Origin: Octopus sinensis | Lineage: Eukaryota | NCBI RefSeq assembly: GCF_006345805.1 | Contig: NC_043001.1 | Span: forward strand, 66,278,001-66,342,000 | Reading direction: 5' to 3' | Length of the DNA stretch: 64,000 nucleotides | In this document: piece after piece, positions 63,831 through 64,000 of the stretch | How the letters are laid out: the number at the start of each line of letters is the position of its first letter | Numbering within the stretch: position 1 is the stretch's first letter | The notes under the pieces: model-generated | What the model saw: the letters and a program-made list of their open reading frames with translations, nothing else | Told to the model about the DNA's origin: nothing | Database searches by the model: none | Position numbers and translations under genes: made by a program

Positions 63831-64000
63831 GTCTGCTCCAGCTGTAAAAACTGTGCCAAAGCAGCTGGTAGAGAGATTTCCCTTATTTTTTGTAAAATAC
63901 CAACTCACCCTGCCCTTCAAAGTTATTCCTAATGTCAAATTCTAGTCACTCACAAGCTCTTCTAGGTTTCCTCGCTAATTCAGTTCTCAACAAGTTTGAA

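Overview
Eukaryotic, AT-rich window that is almost entirely transposon- and microsatellite-derived. The C2H2 finger style ([10 protein letters not shown]...HTGEKPY), the SINE families and the dense (AT)/(CATA)/(GATA)/(GT) arrays point to a coleoid cephalopod, probably Octopus; this is inference, not verified. I found no intact host gene, tRNA/rRNA gene or CRISPR array. Content: non-LTR retrotransposons of five groups (RTE, Tx1/L1, R4/Dong-like, CR1, Penelope-like remnants), three tRNA-headed SINE families, Tc1/mariner/maT, hAT, piggyBac-like and Merlin-like DNA elements, Helitrons, and one decayed C2H2 zinc-finger pseudogene. Most notable: (1) minimal type I hammerhead ribozyme motifs in four different-looking repeats, each with a different 6-nt palindromic stem III, one copy a single base from the consensus core; (2) a young Tx1 element sitting exactly inside a (GATA)n array, with other LINEs in their own microsatellite types; (3) a PHD finger inserted into an RTE reverse-transcriptase ORF; (4) a repeated pseudoknot/hairpin module in that RTE's 3' UTR; (5) a nested transposon stack that can be reconstructed from target-site duplications. 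Boundaries of decayed elements are approximate, read by eye.
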